Below, in pieces: positions 14,118 to 25,690 of a DNA stretch of 64,000 bases. The DNA comes from Eledone cirrhosa (taxonomy: Eukaryota). Each line of letters starts with the position of its first letter. The stretch's first letter is position 1. Made by a program: the position numbers and the translations under genes. The stretch is from assembly GCA_964016885.1 (NCBI GenBank), contig OZ024742.1:252588001-252652000 (forward strand). Direction: 5' to 3'. The notes under the pieces are model-generated. The model was not told the origin of the DNA. It was given only the letters and a program-made list of their open reading frames with translations, and searched no databases.

Positions 14118-14485
14118 TGAGAGCATTGGCCTTGCAATCAAAAGGTTGTGAGTTCAATTCTCACACCGGGTGATGTGTTGTTTCCTTGAGCAAGACACTT
14201 TATTTCACATTGCTCCAGTTTACTCAGCTGTAGAAGTGAGATGATAGGACTGGGGTCCCTATCATTCCACTGCAAAGTGGTCGTGGAGGTGCCACCGCAG
14301 AAAAGCACCCAGCCCACATTGTAAAGTGGATGTGGAGGTGCCACGGGCAAAAACCATCCAGCAGTCACTGTAAATGAGGTTGGTGTTTGGAAGGGCATCC
14401 AGCTGTAGAAATCAAGCCAGAATCAGTTGCCGTCCCACCCTTGCAAGCAGGGAAAAAGTGGACGTAAATTGAAATGATGATGAAT
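14118..14485 (+). mobile_element. tRNA-derived SINE whose tail matches the RTE-PHD LINE 3' UTR
   Basis: B-box-like gtgagttcaattc, central ccttgagcaagacact block, then the ttggtgtt.ggaagggcatccagctgtagaaa...(gat)n tail also seen in the LINE copies. Confidence 0.75.
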
Positions 14486-14489
14486 GCTC

Positions 14490-14815
14490 CCAGCTGTGGT
14501 CACCCCATAGTATAAAACTAACCATGGAGCTTGAAGCAATCCAATGAAGCTACACCAAGAAGGTTGCCACAATGAAGGAGATAAACTACTGGGAGAGTCT
14601 AAAAGAACAGAAATTCTACTCCTCGGAATGAAGACGGGAGAGATATGCAATGATATACATTTGGAAAATCCTGGGGGGACTAAGACCAAACTTTTGCATT
14701 GAGAGCTGGACCAATTCTCGAACAGGACGTCACTGTGTGGTACCAAAGGTCCCGTAATCCACATTTAGAATCAAGAGCAGCTATTGCAATAGCCTGGGGT
14801 TCAAAGGCCCTCAAC
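14490..14815 (+). mobile_element. CR1-group LINE 3' fragment, degenerate
   Basis: Homologous to the minus-strand fragment at 17580-18150 (gaagacgggagagatatgca...tggaaaatcctgg). Confidence 0.65.
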
Positions 14816-14889
14816 TTGGTTTTCAAAATTTAAATTTGTGTTTCCTATCCATCAATGCTTCAAGCAAGCTATAAAACTCTGTTATATTA

Positions 14890-15268
14890 CATCATCATCA
14901 TTTTATGTCAGTTATTCTACATCAGCATGGGTTGTCATGTTGAGGGAAGTGTCCGGTCGGCTGACCATGTCTTGCTCATACGGGAACTGATTCTGTCTTG
15001 ATTTCTACAGCTGGATGCCCTTCCTAACACCAACCTCATTTACAGTGAGTGCTGGGTGTTTTTTTTTTTGCCGTGGCACCTCCACGACCACTTTGCAGTG
15101 GAATGATAGGGACCCCAGTCCTATCATCTCATTTCTACAGCTGAGTAAACTGGAGCAATGTGAAATAAAGTGTCTTGCTCAAGGAAACAACACATCATCC
15201 GGTCCGAGAATTAACTCACAACCTTTCAATTGCAAGCCCAATGCTCTAACCACTGAGCCATGTGCCTT
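14890..15268 (-). mobile_element. tRNA-derived SINE, same family as 14118-14485, inverted
   Basis: Minus-strand head aggcacatggctcagtggttagagc (A box); body and tail match the + copy. Confidence 0.78.
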
Positions 15269-15289
15269 CTATTGTTGGCAATGTTAGGT

Positions 15290-16255
15290 CAGGTGACCAT
15301 GTCTTGCTCATAAAGAACTGATTTTGGCTTGGTTTCTACAGCTGGATGCCCTTCCTAATGCCAAGCTCATTTACAGTGAGTACTGGGTGTTTTTTGTTGT
15401 GATTCCTCTGTGACTACTTTACAGTGTGGACTGGGTGTTTTTTACCGTGTCACCATCACGACCACTTTACAGTGTTTCGGCCTGTTCTCATGAAAGATAT
15501 ATTGGCGAGTGGGATGGAGTGGTGCATAGTGTATGTATGTTTCAGCCTTGGCCCGGGCCCCTGGGAAGTTGGGGTTTCTGTATTACCTCATAACGCCAAA
15601 GATCTTGGTCCTGTGTCATTTCCTTTCAGAGGTGCAATTGGGCAAGGTCGGCTTTTATCACTTCATCTCAAGTCTTTCTGGAACTTTATGTAGCTGTCAT
15701 CCTTCATACGAATCACATGTCCATACCAACATAATCTCCTCTCCTGCACACAACATTTGATTCCTCTTATGCCTAGTTTCTCTTTCAGTTTGTTTATGCT
15801 TTGCTGTTCGCGTATATTACTATTACACATCCATCGGAGCATACAAGCTTCATTCCTTTCTAATCTACGCAAGTCTTCTACACACAGCGCCCAGCTCTCA
15901 CTACCATGCAACATTGCCGTTCATATGCACACATCATACAGTCTACCTTTTATTCTGAGGGAAAAGCCTTTTGTATCCAGCTGTGGCAGTAGCTCCCTCA
16001 ACTTCTTCCCTCCCGTTCTTTCAGAACACCCCCCTCCGCTGCTAATTCGGTATTGTTTTTACCAAGTCCTCCCAGACTTTGATGTCATTTGTTTTCAGTG
16101 ATTGTTTGCTGCTTACTGTCCTGGTGCAACTGCTACATGTAAAGCCTACATTCTTAACTAAACTTCCTGAGATCCCACTACATCTCTTGTGTACCCGTAG
16201 TTTGCATATGGGGCAGAGGATAGAGTTTCTACCTACACCTCTCCTACATAATGAG
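15290..16255 (-). mobile_element. RTE-PHD LINE 3' fragment, diverged
   Basis: Translations CSLCRRGVGRNSILCPICKLRVHKRC and MLHGSESWALCVEDLRRLERNE, followed by the family 3' UTR. Confidence 0.85.
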
Positions 16256-16299
16256 CACACACACACACATATACACACACTCACATATAAATATATATA

Positions 16300-17110
16300 T
16301 ACTAGCTGAATTACCAGCGCCTTGCTGCGTTTTACACATTTTTTTTTGTAAGAAAATGATGATTGATTTTAAATTTATGGAGCAAAGCTCAATATTACTC
16401 AATGTAAAATATAATGCATGAAAAATTGGAAAACATCATTTTTTGTAATATATCAAATCAAAATTGCAATATTAAATCTTATTCTTATTTTGTTTCTTGT
16501 AAATAATTTTTTTCAAAATATCAATTGAAAATTTTGTTAATAGGCATCATATCTTGTCATTTACCTATGGTTTAAGTTTCATATAAATCAAAAGGGAAAA
16601 GTTTTCAGCGGGGGTTTGTACCCCCGGGGAACCTTAATTAAGGTGTCTTATAGTATTGAAATTTTGTGAATAGGCATCATATCTCTTCATTTATCTATGG
16701 TTTAAATTGCATATAAATCGAACCGAAAACATTTTTAGCGGGGATTTTGTGCCCCCTGGTGAACCCTAATAGGGGGTTTAACCCCCATTAGGGTATTGTA
16801 ATTTTATTGTAATTTGCTGAAATTTTGTGAATAGGCATCATATCTTGTCATTTACCTATGGTTTAAATTTCATATAAATCGAAGGTAAAGTTTCAGCGGC
16901 GGTTTTGTGCCCCCGATGAACCCTTTGATTAAAATGAAATATACTTATACAAGTACCCTGGGCAATGTAGTTTCAGAATATATATGGTTATGGGGGTCTA
17001 TCTCCAAAACCATAGGAGGAGTTTGTAAAATCTTGTTCCATTTATTGGCCAAACTTTTCACTATAGGGCGTTTAACCCCCATTAGGGTGTCTTAATATTA
17101 TTGAAATTTG
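16300..17110. mobile_element. Non-autonomous repeat with internal triplication, possibly Helitron/Helentron-associated
   Basis: Begins actagctgaattaccagcgccttgctgcg. The block aattttgtgaataggcatcatatcttgtcatttacctatggttt occurs three times. Family assignment is inference. Confidence 0.4.
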
Positions 17111-17122
17111 CACACATACACA

Positions 17123-17170
<48 letters not shown>

Positions 17171-17579
17171 CCAAACACACACACACATATATATACATAC
17201 ACAAACACACACACACATACACAAACACACACACACACATATTTATATCTTTTAGCAGAACATTTTAATATTGCCACTCAATGAAAACCCTTTGTTTGTT
17301 TGGAATAAATGAATCTTGAAAATTAGGAGTGCCTGTCAGTGTGTTTGTGTTTGTCTACTTAGCATCAATTTACTACCCTCCCCTACCACCAGAAAATGTA
17401 TAAATACCACCATATTACATTGACAGTCGGCTTTTCTGATGATTTCCTCCGAATGAAACAGTTCTAGTCCTGTTGAAGCCATTTCTATATTAAATATATA
17501 TATATATACTCTTTTAGTTGTTCCAGCCATCCGGCTGAGACCATGATTGGGTACTGCCCTTGTTGCTACACATTCTATC

Positions 17580-18150
17580 TCCAGCCTGTGTTGGCTGGCC
17601 ATTGATGTAAGAGGGAGTTCGTTACTGCTGCCCTTAGGTTACCTTCGTACCATGATGTGGGCTCATCCGGGATCCTGGATAACAGGGTGTCGAGAAGTTT
17701 CTTGAAAATATCCACGGCCACACCATGTAGATCTCTCAAATCCCTCGGCAGTTTGTTGAAGAGTTGAGGGCCTTTGAACCCCAGTCTATTGCAATATCTG
17801 CTTCTTGTTCTAGATGTGGAATATGGGACCTTTGTCACCACACAGTGACGTCCTGTTCGGGGGTTGGTCCCGCTCTCAATACCAAAATTTGGCGCTAGTC
17901 CCTCCAGGATTTTCCATATGTATATCACTGCGTATCTCTCCCGTCTTCGTTCCAAGGAGTAGAGTTTCAGTTCTTTTAGGCTCTCCCAGTAGCTCATCTC
18001 CTTCATCGTGCAATCCTCTTGGTGTAGCTTCGTTGGATTGTCTCAAGTTCCGTGGTTAGTTTGATACTATGGGGTGACCACAGCTGGGAGCAATAGTCCA
18101 GGTGGCTTAGGACAAATGGCCTTCATAGTATCAACATGGTCTCCCGGTCT
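17580..18150 (-). mobile_element. CR1-group LINE ORF2 C-terminal fragment
   Basis: MSYWESLKELKLYSLERRRERYAVIYIWKILEG...LFNKLPRDLR, typical of the CR1/L2-type post-RT region; LDYCSQLWSP lies upstream. Confidence 0.75.
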
Positions 18151-19109
18151 CTTATATAGAAAACCTCAAATAAAAAGTCAAGATTTGTTTTGATTTAACA
18201 GAGCAGAAAGAATTCGCGTCAGAATATTCCAACCAATCCAGCCTATATCAGCTGAATAAATATGTATATGGAGATATATATATACACACCCACATGCATA
18301 TATATATATATATATATACACACACGCACGCACACACACATATATATACACACACACACTCAAACACACACACATACATACACGCATGCATGCATACACG
18401 ATGGCTGCCCCCTCATTATCGAGTATGGTCATTGCACGATATACCATTATTAATAATTATTAATTAATTCTATCGTGCAATGCCTGTGCATGAAGATTTT
18501 TTTTAAATGAGGAAAGACTGTGCACTGAGCCAATCCCACTCTCTGAGCGAAAGTAGCTATAACCCGAAAAGAAGAAAATATCAAAATCATCGGTAACTAC
18601 TGAGCCGCAGGTTTTATATCGGAGTTATCCCAGTTTCCTGCGTTACCTTCTCCTAGAAGAATGCCCTGACAAAGGCTAGGGGTCCTTCACTCCCAGTGGT
18701 TTAACCGCGCGATCAGGTGTCCAGCCCGATTATTTCTTTGTCCCCGTGCATGTACATACACATGCACCCATGTATATATACATATACATACATATGTACA
18801 TGTGTATATACATATTTACACACTTTTGGATGGCCGTTGACTCTTATGAGATCTTCCGCCCTTTGTCAGGTTTTGTTTTTTGTCCTGCAGGGTGTCCAAA
18901 ATCACCCTCCTCACCAAGTAAACTTGGTGGGGTTGCCGGTTTAGTCGCCGACGACTCGACCATGCGACAAGTTGTACTGAGTTACATGTTACCAATAGCA
19001 CTCAAGAGTGACCCGACATACATACATACATACATACATACATACATACATACATACATACATACATACATACATACATACATACATACATACATACATA
19101 CATACATAC

Positions 19110-21590
19110 TACATGATGGCTGCAAACTCGTGTTCAAGTATTGCCATCGCCCGATAAAATGTTAAAAAATGTAAAGCACAAATGTGACTCTTTAAACCAG
19201 CCAAATACTTGCACCCTCTGGCACACACACGCGGCAACTTTAGGCTCCCCCGAAACCTTCTATTGCTTTGTTCTGGCTGTATGTTCACATGTATCTTTTA
19301 AGACCTCCCATGCTTGTACATTTCTTACACCTTTTCAGATCATAATCTACATGAGGTCTACTGATATGTCTAATCAAACCAGCTTTGCTCAGGCTGACTA
19401 GACCACAGTGCTGGCAAACCAGATGATGTTCAACAGCAGGCAGTTCAGAACAGTCTCAATCCTCACCTTCCTTTTCAGTGTTAGGTGTTCTCTCCGACGA
19501 GTTTCAAAGTGTTCACCACCTGACTTGATCAAACGTCTCCACTTCACACGCTCGTCAGCCATTTTCTCACATTCGTCAGATGAAATTCCAGCACAAGCCA
19601 AGGTGCCTCTGATACAGTCCCGGTACCGCCTTTTTGGTTTATGTGGTGGTCGCCTTCCTTCACACAGTTCTCCATCATAGAGAAGTTGCTTTGGAATACG
19701 ATTATCAGACATCCGGACCACGTGATTGCACCACCTCAACCGATACCGAAAGATTATGCTCTCTATAGTCACGCACCTGCTCCGTTCTAGAACTTCCAAA
19801 TCACTGGCGAACATTTTCCACCACACCCCAAGTAACTTATGAAGAGATTGTTGGTGAAATCTCTCCAGATCCTTGAGGTGCTTTCTGTATGTGACCCACG
19901 TTTCACAAACATAAAGTAAAGAGGAGACGACACAAGTCAGATACACTTTCACCTTGGTTTCGATAGTGATACCTCGTCTGGACTATAAACGTTGATGCAG
20001 CCGTCCAAAAGCATCACTGGCTTTCTTGATTCTTAAGGATATTTCATTATCATGTGTGCATGAAGTGTGCAACGTACTACCAAGGTAAACAAACTTGTCA
20101 GCAACTTTTAGCCTCTTTCCGTACACGTACACACTTGGTGCAGTGTACTCGTTTCCAGGTACTGGCTGATACATCTCAACAGTCTTTTCCAAGCTTATTG
20201 TGACGCCCAAAGTGCTGCAAGCTGCAGAAAAAGAGTTCATAATATGCTGCATTTCACTTTGTGAGTGCAAAAAGATCGCACTCGTCTGCATACAAAAACT
20301 CTCGGATTATAGATGTTAATACCTTTGTGCTTATACCAAAGCGCCTGGTGTTGAACAATCTTCCTGAAGTGCGATACCTGATGTAAATCCCATGAGAACA
20401 ATATTTGAATGCCATGAGAAACACTATCGTAAAATATAAGGAAAACAGAGTTGGAGCCGGAATGTCCCCCTGCTTCACTCCATTTTCAACTGATATTGGT
20501 TCAGAGATGCTACCACCAATACTGACCAAAGCCTTCATGTCATCATGGAAAAGATGCAGAATCTTCTACCCTACCTTGGATTTTTTTCCCACAACGCAGT
20601 TTGATTGACAGTGTCAAAGGCCTTTGTCAAGTCAACAAAGACCTGGTAAAGGTCCATACATTGTTCGATACACTTTTCTTGCAGCTGCCGAGCAGAAACG
20701 ATCATATCCACTGTTCCTCTTTCCTTTCTGAACCCACACTGCGACTCAGGCAACACACTCAGAGCAACTCTTGGGATCAATCTATCCATCAATATTCGAC
20801 ACGACTTTACCAACTACTGAAAGAAGGGATATGACATGATAATTGCCACATTTGTCCTTGCCGTCCTTTCCTTTATGGAGAATCACCATGAGCGCATCCT
20901 TCTTGTGGGACATTCTCATCTTCCCACACTATTTTCATGAGGTCAGTCAGGCGCTGCGTGCAGTTTTCACCACCACACTTCAAAACCGCTCCACTCAGAC
21001 CATCCATACCAGGAGACTTACCACAGTTCAACTTATGTACAACAGAAGTCCCCTCTGCAAGAGAAGATACATTAGCCATCTCATATGCTTCACTGGTTCA
21101 ATAGGAATGGAACAAATGAAATCATCATCAACCTGAGATGGCTGGTTTAAGAGCTCATCAAAGTGATCTCTCTATCTGTCGAGTGTCTTTTGGGTCGCGC
21201 AGTAATTGCTTGCCATCTTTCGATCTCAAAGGGGCCACTGGAGAGCTGAAAGGGCCATACATCTCTGTAAGTAGAAAGTGCGGCAGTTTCACATTGTTGC
21301 CGTCAGATGCCACTTGAACTTCATCTGCTTTGTTGCTCCACCAGGTATTTTGCATAGCCCTGAGTTTCACCTGAACTTCCTTCTTTACCTGTCTGTAACG
21401 CTTATAATTGTCACCAACAGAGCTACCACCTTTAAGAACTGCATCAAGTGCCTTTTGTTTTCTGTCTAGCAGAGCCTTGACCTCCTGGTCATTCTCATCA
21501 AACCAGTCCTTGTTTTCTTGTGAAAAAGCCAAGGACCTCTGCTGAAGCCTCATAGACCGAGCTCTTGAACTCCTTCCAGTTGTTCTCATA
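19110..21590 (-). mobile_element. Degenerate RTE/BovB-like LINE (RT plus three decayed C2H2 fingers)
   Basis: Frameshifted ORFs carry KSPGMDG, LPESQCGFR, FVDLTKAFD, GVKQG, LYADE, FVYLGS and RLRW. The end reads VCQHCG...AGLIRH, CKKC...GGLKR and CRVC...AGLKSH. Confidence 0.9.
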
Positions 21591-22269
21591 CACGCATACA
21601 TACTTACATATATACATGTATACATACATACACACATCCATCCATCCATCCATCCATACGTGTATACATACATACATACAATGGTTAAAGTGTTTGACTG
21701 ACGACCATAAGTTCATGGATTCATATTTGGGACCGGGTAGTTATTGAATCAACTTGATATCAATGTTTATTATACAGCACACTTCCTCTTTGGTATAATA
21801 TGACACATAGTAATATCTAACATAGTACCCATCTAATCTGTTATAATATGATTTACCTTTCCTCTGTGAAGGCACATGCCTTAGGGGTTACGGTACTGGA
21901 CTAACCATTATAAAGTCATGGGCTCGTTTCTTCGATCCTGCAGCATGTTGCGTCCTTCAGTAAAATACTTTAGTTCGTGTAGCATCTGCTACCAGGACTT
22001 GCGGCACACAGGTAATATCAGTAATGGAAAAAACCTTGTTTCATTAGTATGACCTGGAAATCAGTTCCACTCTGTTTATCTTCTTTATTAAAGGCAATCA
22101 AATTATTTTTTATTTTATTCTTTTTCTTATTTTTCCATGTTTGTTAAATAAATTCCAAAAAATCGAACTAAATTGAAATTTTGTAATAAAATTTCCATAA
22201 AAGTTAATGTTTACAATACAATAAAATGTAATAAAATGTATTGAAGTCGACGAAATGTGGACCTTCATT

Positions 22270-22540
22270 TTTGAAAGATGGATAATGCTATAAGCAGACC
22301 TTACAATATTGTACCACAATTTTCCTTTGTGCAAAAGCGGGCAGCCGAATTTAGGAAACATAGGGGATTCTTGAAGATGACCCAATGTCTGGACGTCCTA
22401 CAACTGCCACAACCGAGGAAAACATTGATCTCAGTACTGCAACACCGATGGAAGAAGTGTGTGGAACGCAAGGGAGACTATGTTGAAAAATAAACCTCAT
22501 TTGGTCACATTCCATGAGAGTATCTTTGTCAACCCTCGTA
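22270..22540 (+). mobile_element. Internally deleted mariner transposon remnant
   Basis: N-terminal LEDDP.SGRPTTATTEENID joined to C-terminal LQHRWKKCVERKGDYVEK*; ends in accctcgta. Confidence 0.75.
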
Positions 22541-23759
22541 TCTATGCGTAATATACGTAAAGATACAGAATTGCGGGCATATTGTTGTCATATTTGTTGG
22601 TGAAAAAAATTTGATTATACAACTTAAATTTATGAATGACTTGTTTTCTACATTGATAACCATGACTTGTTTTCTAATTTGGCCATTTTAAGGGCCACCT
22701 ATATTTTCATTTATAGCGAAGATACTAGGTTGTATGAATGTAACAAAACGAGACATGGTTTGTGTATATAATATTTAATTAACGGTAGATAGTATAGTTG
22801 ACATGTCAAAGATAGATGTTAGAATGAAACAAAGTTAGTAGTTACCGTTTTGATTGCCAGGCAAACGCGGCTGGCAGAGGACGCCTGGCTAAGGCCAGGC
22901 GCCTGTTGGCCAAATTAATGGCAGAGCCAAATGTGAGGCTCTGACCTGGTGCCGAAAAGGCAAAGAGAGAAAGAAAGCTTAAAGTTGTTAGTTTTATAGG
23001 GCTCTGACCGGAAGTTGCAGAAAGGGTTCTACTTCCCGTCTAGATCCCAATCAAAACAAGGGAGACAACCGCTACACATTTAAGTAACTCCACTTACATC
23101 GATATGCTTTATAACCATGACTTGTTTTCTATTTGTTTTCTAATTTGGCCCTTTTAAGTCTTCCCTCTCTCTCTCTTCCCTACCTCTCCTCTTCCCTCTC
23201 TCTCTAAAAAAAAAAACGCGTGAAAACTCCACTTACGCGTGGTAGTAATACGGAAATAAACGATGTTGACGAGTGACGTCGCCTGTTTTCCACTGGACTG
23301 ACAGCTAATAGCGTTGTAGTGCCGATATGACTAGTGCATCAGGGTTTTAGAGAAGGGATGGCCATTGATCCTGAGTAGAGTGGGAAATAGTGAAAGTGGG
23401 AGAATGAATAAGGTCGTTGGCGAGAGGAAGTGCGTCCTGCTGTAGAACATTTGCTAAAAAAGTATCATACGGAATATTTAACTGATCAAAGACATGACAA
23501 ACTTCCTAGTGCTGGTGCCACGATAAAATGCACTTGGTAGAGCATGGGATCGTATTTAAACAAGATGCAGGCCCCAGGCCCATCGGAGCAATCGATAGAG
23601 TGTGAGACCGTAAGCGAGATGCAGGCACCACGCCCGGTCAGTAGTTCTGTTTTAGTACTGACCGGGCTGTAACGAATCTTCCAATTTCTGCTCGCAGGAC
23701 AAACGGATGTTAAACGACGACGACGATGATAATTATGGTGAAGTTGTTTTTAAAATATA

Positions 23760-24062
23760 AATAATTGTTTCTACTTTAGGCACAAGGCCAGCAATTAACC
23801 AGTGCATTACTGGTACTTTATTTTATCGACCTCGTAAGGATGAAAGGCAAAGTCAACCTTTTAAAATATAAATAATTGTTTCTACTTTAGGCACAAGGCC
23901 AGCAATAACCAGTACATTACTGGTACTTTATTTTATCGACCCCGTAAGGATGAAAGGCAAAGTTAACCTCGGCGGGATTTGAACTCAGAATGGCAAGCGC
24001 CGTAACTCTATGCGTCAAAGCATGGTGTCCGACCCTCTACCGATACTGCCAATTCACCAACC
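23760..24062 (-). mobile_element. tRNA-derived SINE (second family) with partial tandem duplication, about 200 bp upstream of the SUV3 ATG
   Basis: Minus strand has head ggtgaattggcagtatcggtagaggg, B box gagttcaaatccc and body gcctttcatcctt...gtcgataaaataaagtaccag. Confidence 0.8.
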
Positions 24063-24262
24063 TAAAATATAAATAATGACAAAGACTTATCTCCCTTAAA
24101 GCACATGTCAACTGTAAAACCGGAAATATCTATTTGTTGGTATAAGACTCCAGAGTAAGCTCCCCTGTAACAAGTGATACACATGGCCAACGTTAAGAAA
24201 AAGTATTTCAATGCATGATATATACATATACGCAACAAAGGAATACTCTTTAATTTGTATTA

Positions 24263-24533
24263 ATGGCTGTAGTATCCGCTGTAAGATCTACGAAACATTT
24301 TCGAAATGTTGTCGCTACACCTAAACTATACCGTCGCAGTATTACAGCTTTAAACACGGTCTGTCCCAGTTTGTATAGATCGTCTGTCGATATAGTTTAT
24401 TTACCATGTCGTTGGAAGAATTCCGGCCAAGAAAAGGATTTAAGTTCTTTATTCCAGCCTCTGAGAGCTTCTTCCATAGTGAACAAAGACAGTGACAATA
24501 TTGGTGCTGAGCTCAGTGGTATACTAAATAAAG
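24263..24533 (+). CDS. SUPV3L1: Mitochondrial ATP-dependent RNA helicase SUV3, exon 1 (targeting-peptide-like N terminus)
   Basis: MAVVSAVRSTKHFRN...SSLFQPL...DNIGAELSGILNK; Arg/Ser-rich, acid-poor start; donor AAG|gcaagt gives the phase required by exon 2. Confidence 0.85.
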
Positions 24534-25690
24534 GCAAGTATGTGACCTTCGTGTATTAATTCGTATAATTTTTCGGAGGCTAGGAGAGTATGTCCCCTCT
24601 GGTTTAACAACAGAACAGCCTGATCGGTCCATGAATATTTCCACTAGAGTTCACTCTGTTACAAACGTTCGGATCAACCCGACACCCCGGTTATTCCTTC
24701 ATCTACGTTCCCCCATCCACCTATCCGCATCAATCTTACATGACTGCCAAAATCTGCAAAGGTCATAAACACTAAGAAAATGTACTTATGATTTAATAAC
24801 TGCTGGTTCGACCTCGTTCCAAATGTCATACCTGCATTCAAGTTTTTCTTCTTTTCTTTAGTAAATGTTATATCATTTTTACTTTATTATTATAACATTT
24901 TAACAGAATTTGTACTTTCAATAATTAATATACATATTTAATTCGTATAATTGTAAATCTCAAAGTATGAAAAGAAAACTTATTGTAAAGGAAATATGTA
25001 GGTGTGTGTGTATGTATGGGTATGTGTAATAAACATTGAATGAGGGGCTCATATTACTGTAAAATTACGGCGAAGCTTTGATGCATGTATATCATTATCG
25101 CCGTTTAATCTTCATTTCATACAAAACTGTTTCTGACTTGGTTTCTACGGCTGGATGCTTTTCCTAACGCCAACCACATTTACAGCATGGACTGGATGAT
25201 ATTATTGTAGCATCAAAACAACCACTAACAGGTTGAACTGGGTAGTTTTCACCAGTATGACCATCTTACAGGGTGGACCGGGTGCTTTTTGTCGTGTCAC
25301 TAATTCGACTACTTTACAGTGTGGACTGGTTTTTTTTTTATCTTGTCATCAACACGACCACCTTACTGGGTGGAATGGGTGCTCTTTTGTTATGTCACCA
25401 GCATGAGCACCTTACATGGTGGACTAGGGGCTTTTGTTGTGTTAACAGCATGACCAGCTTTTAGCCATTTTAGCAACTTTGTCGGGGAGTGTGTCAAGCT
25501 TTCCATGCTTGTATGCATGGGTTGGACAAGAGAGGTGTATCAGATGTGGAAAAGGGGTAGCTGTGGGTGTGTTGTGTGTATGAGGAAGGGGATTGGAGAG
25601 GTAGATCTAATGATGGCTACTTAGCTGGTAAAGGGTGGATTGTTAAGACATGAGAGGTGTATGGAAGAGGGATATATATATATATATATA

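Noticed and set aside
22730-23076. Solo LTR on the - strand (TG...CA ends, TATA-like and polyA-like motifs)
   Set aside because: No target-site duplication or second copy to support it.
25640-25690. N-terminal extension of the 571-aa ORF
   Set aside because: Read-through from flanking sequence and (TA)n; the LINE copy is 5'-truncated and lacks the endonuclease.
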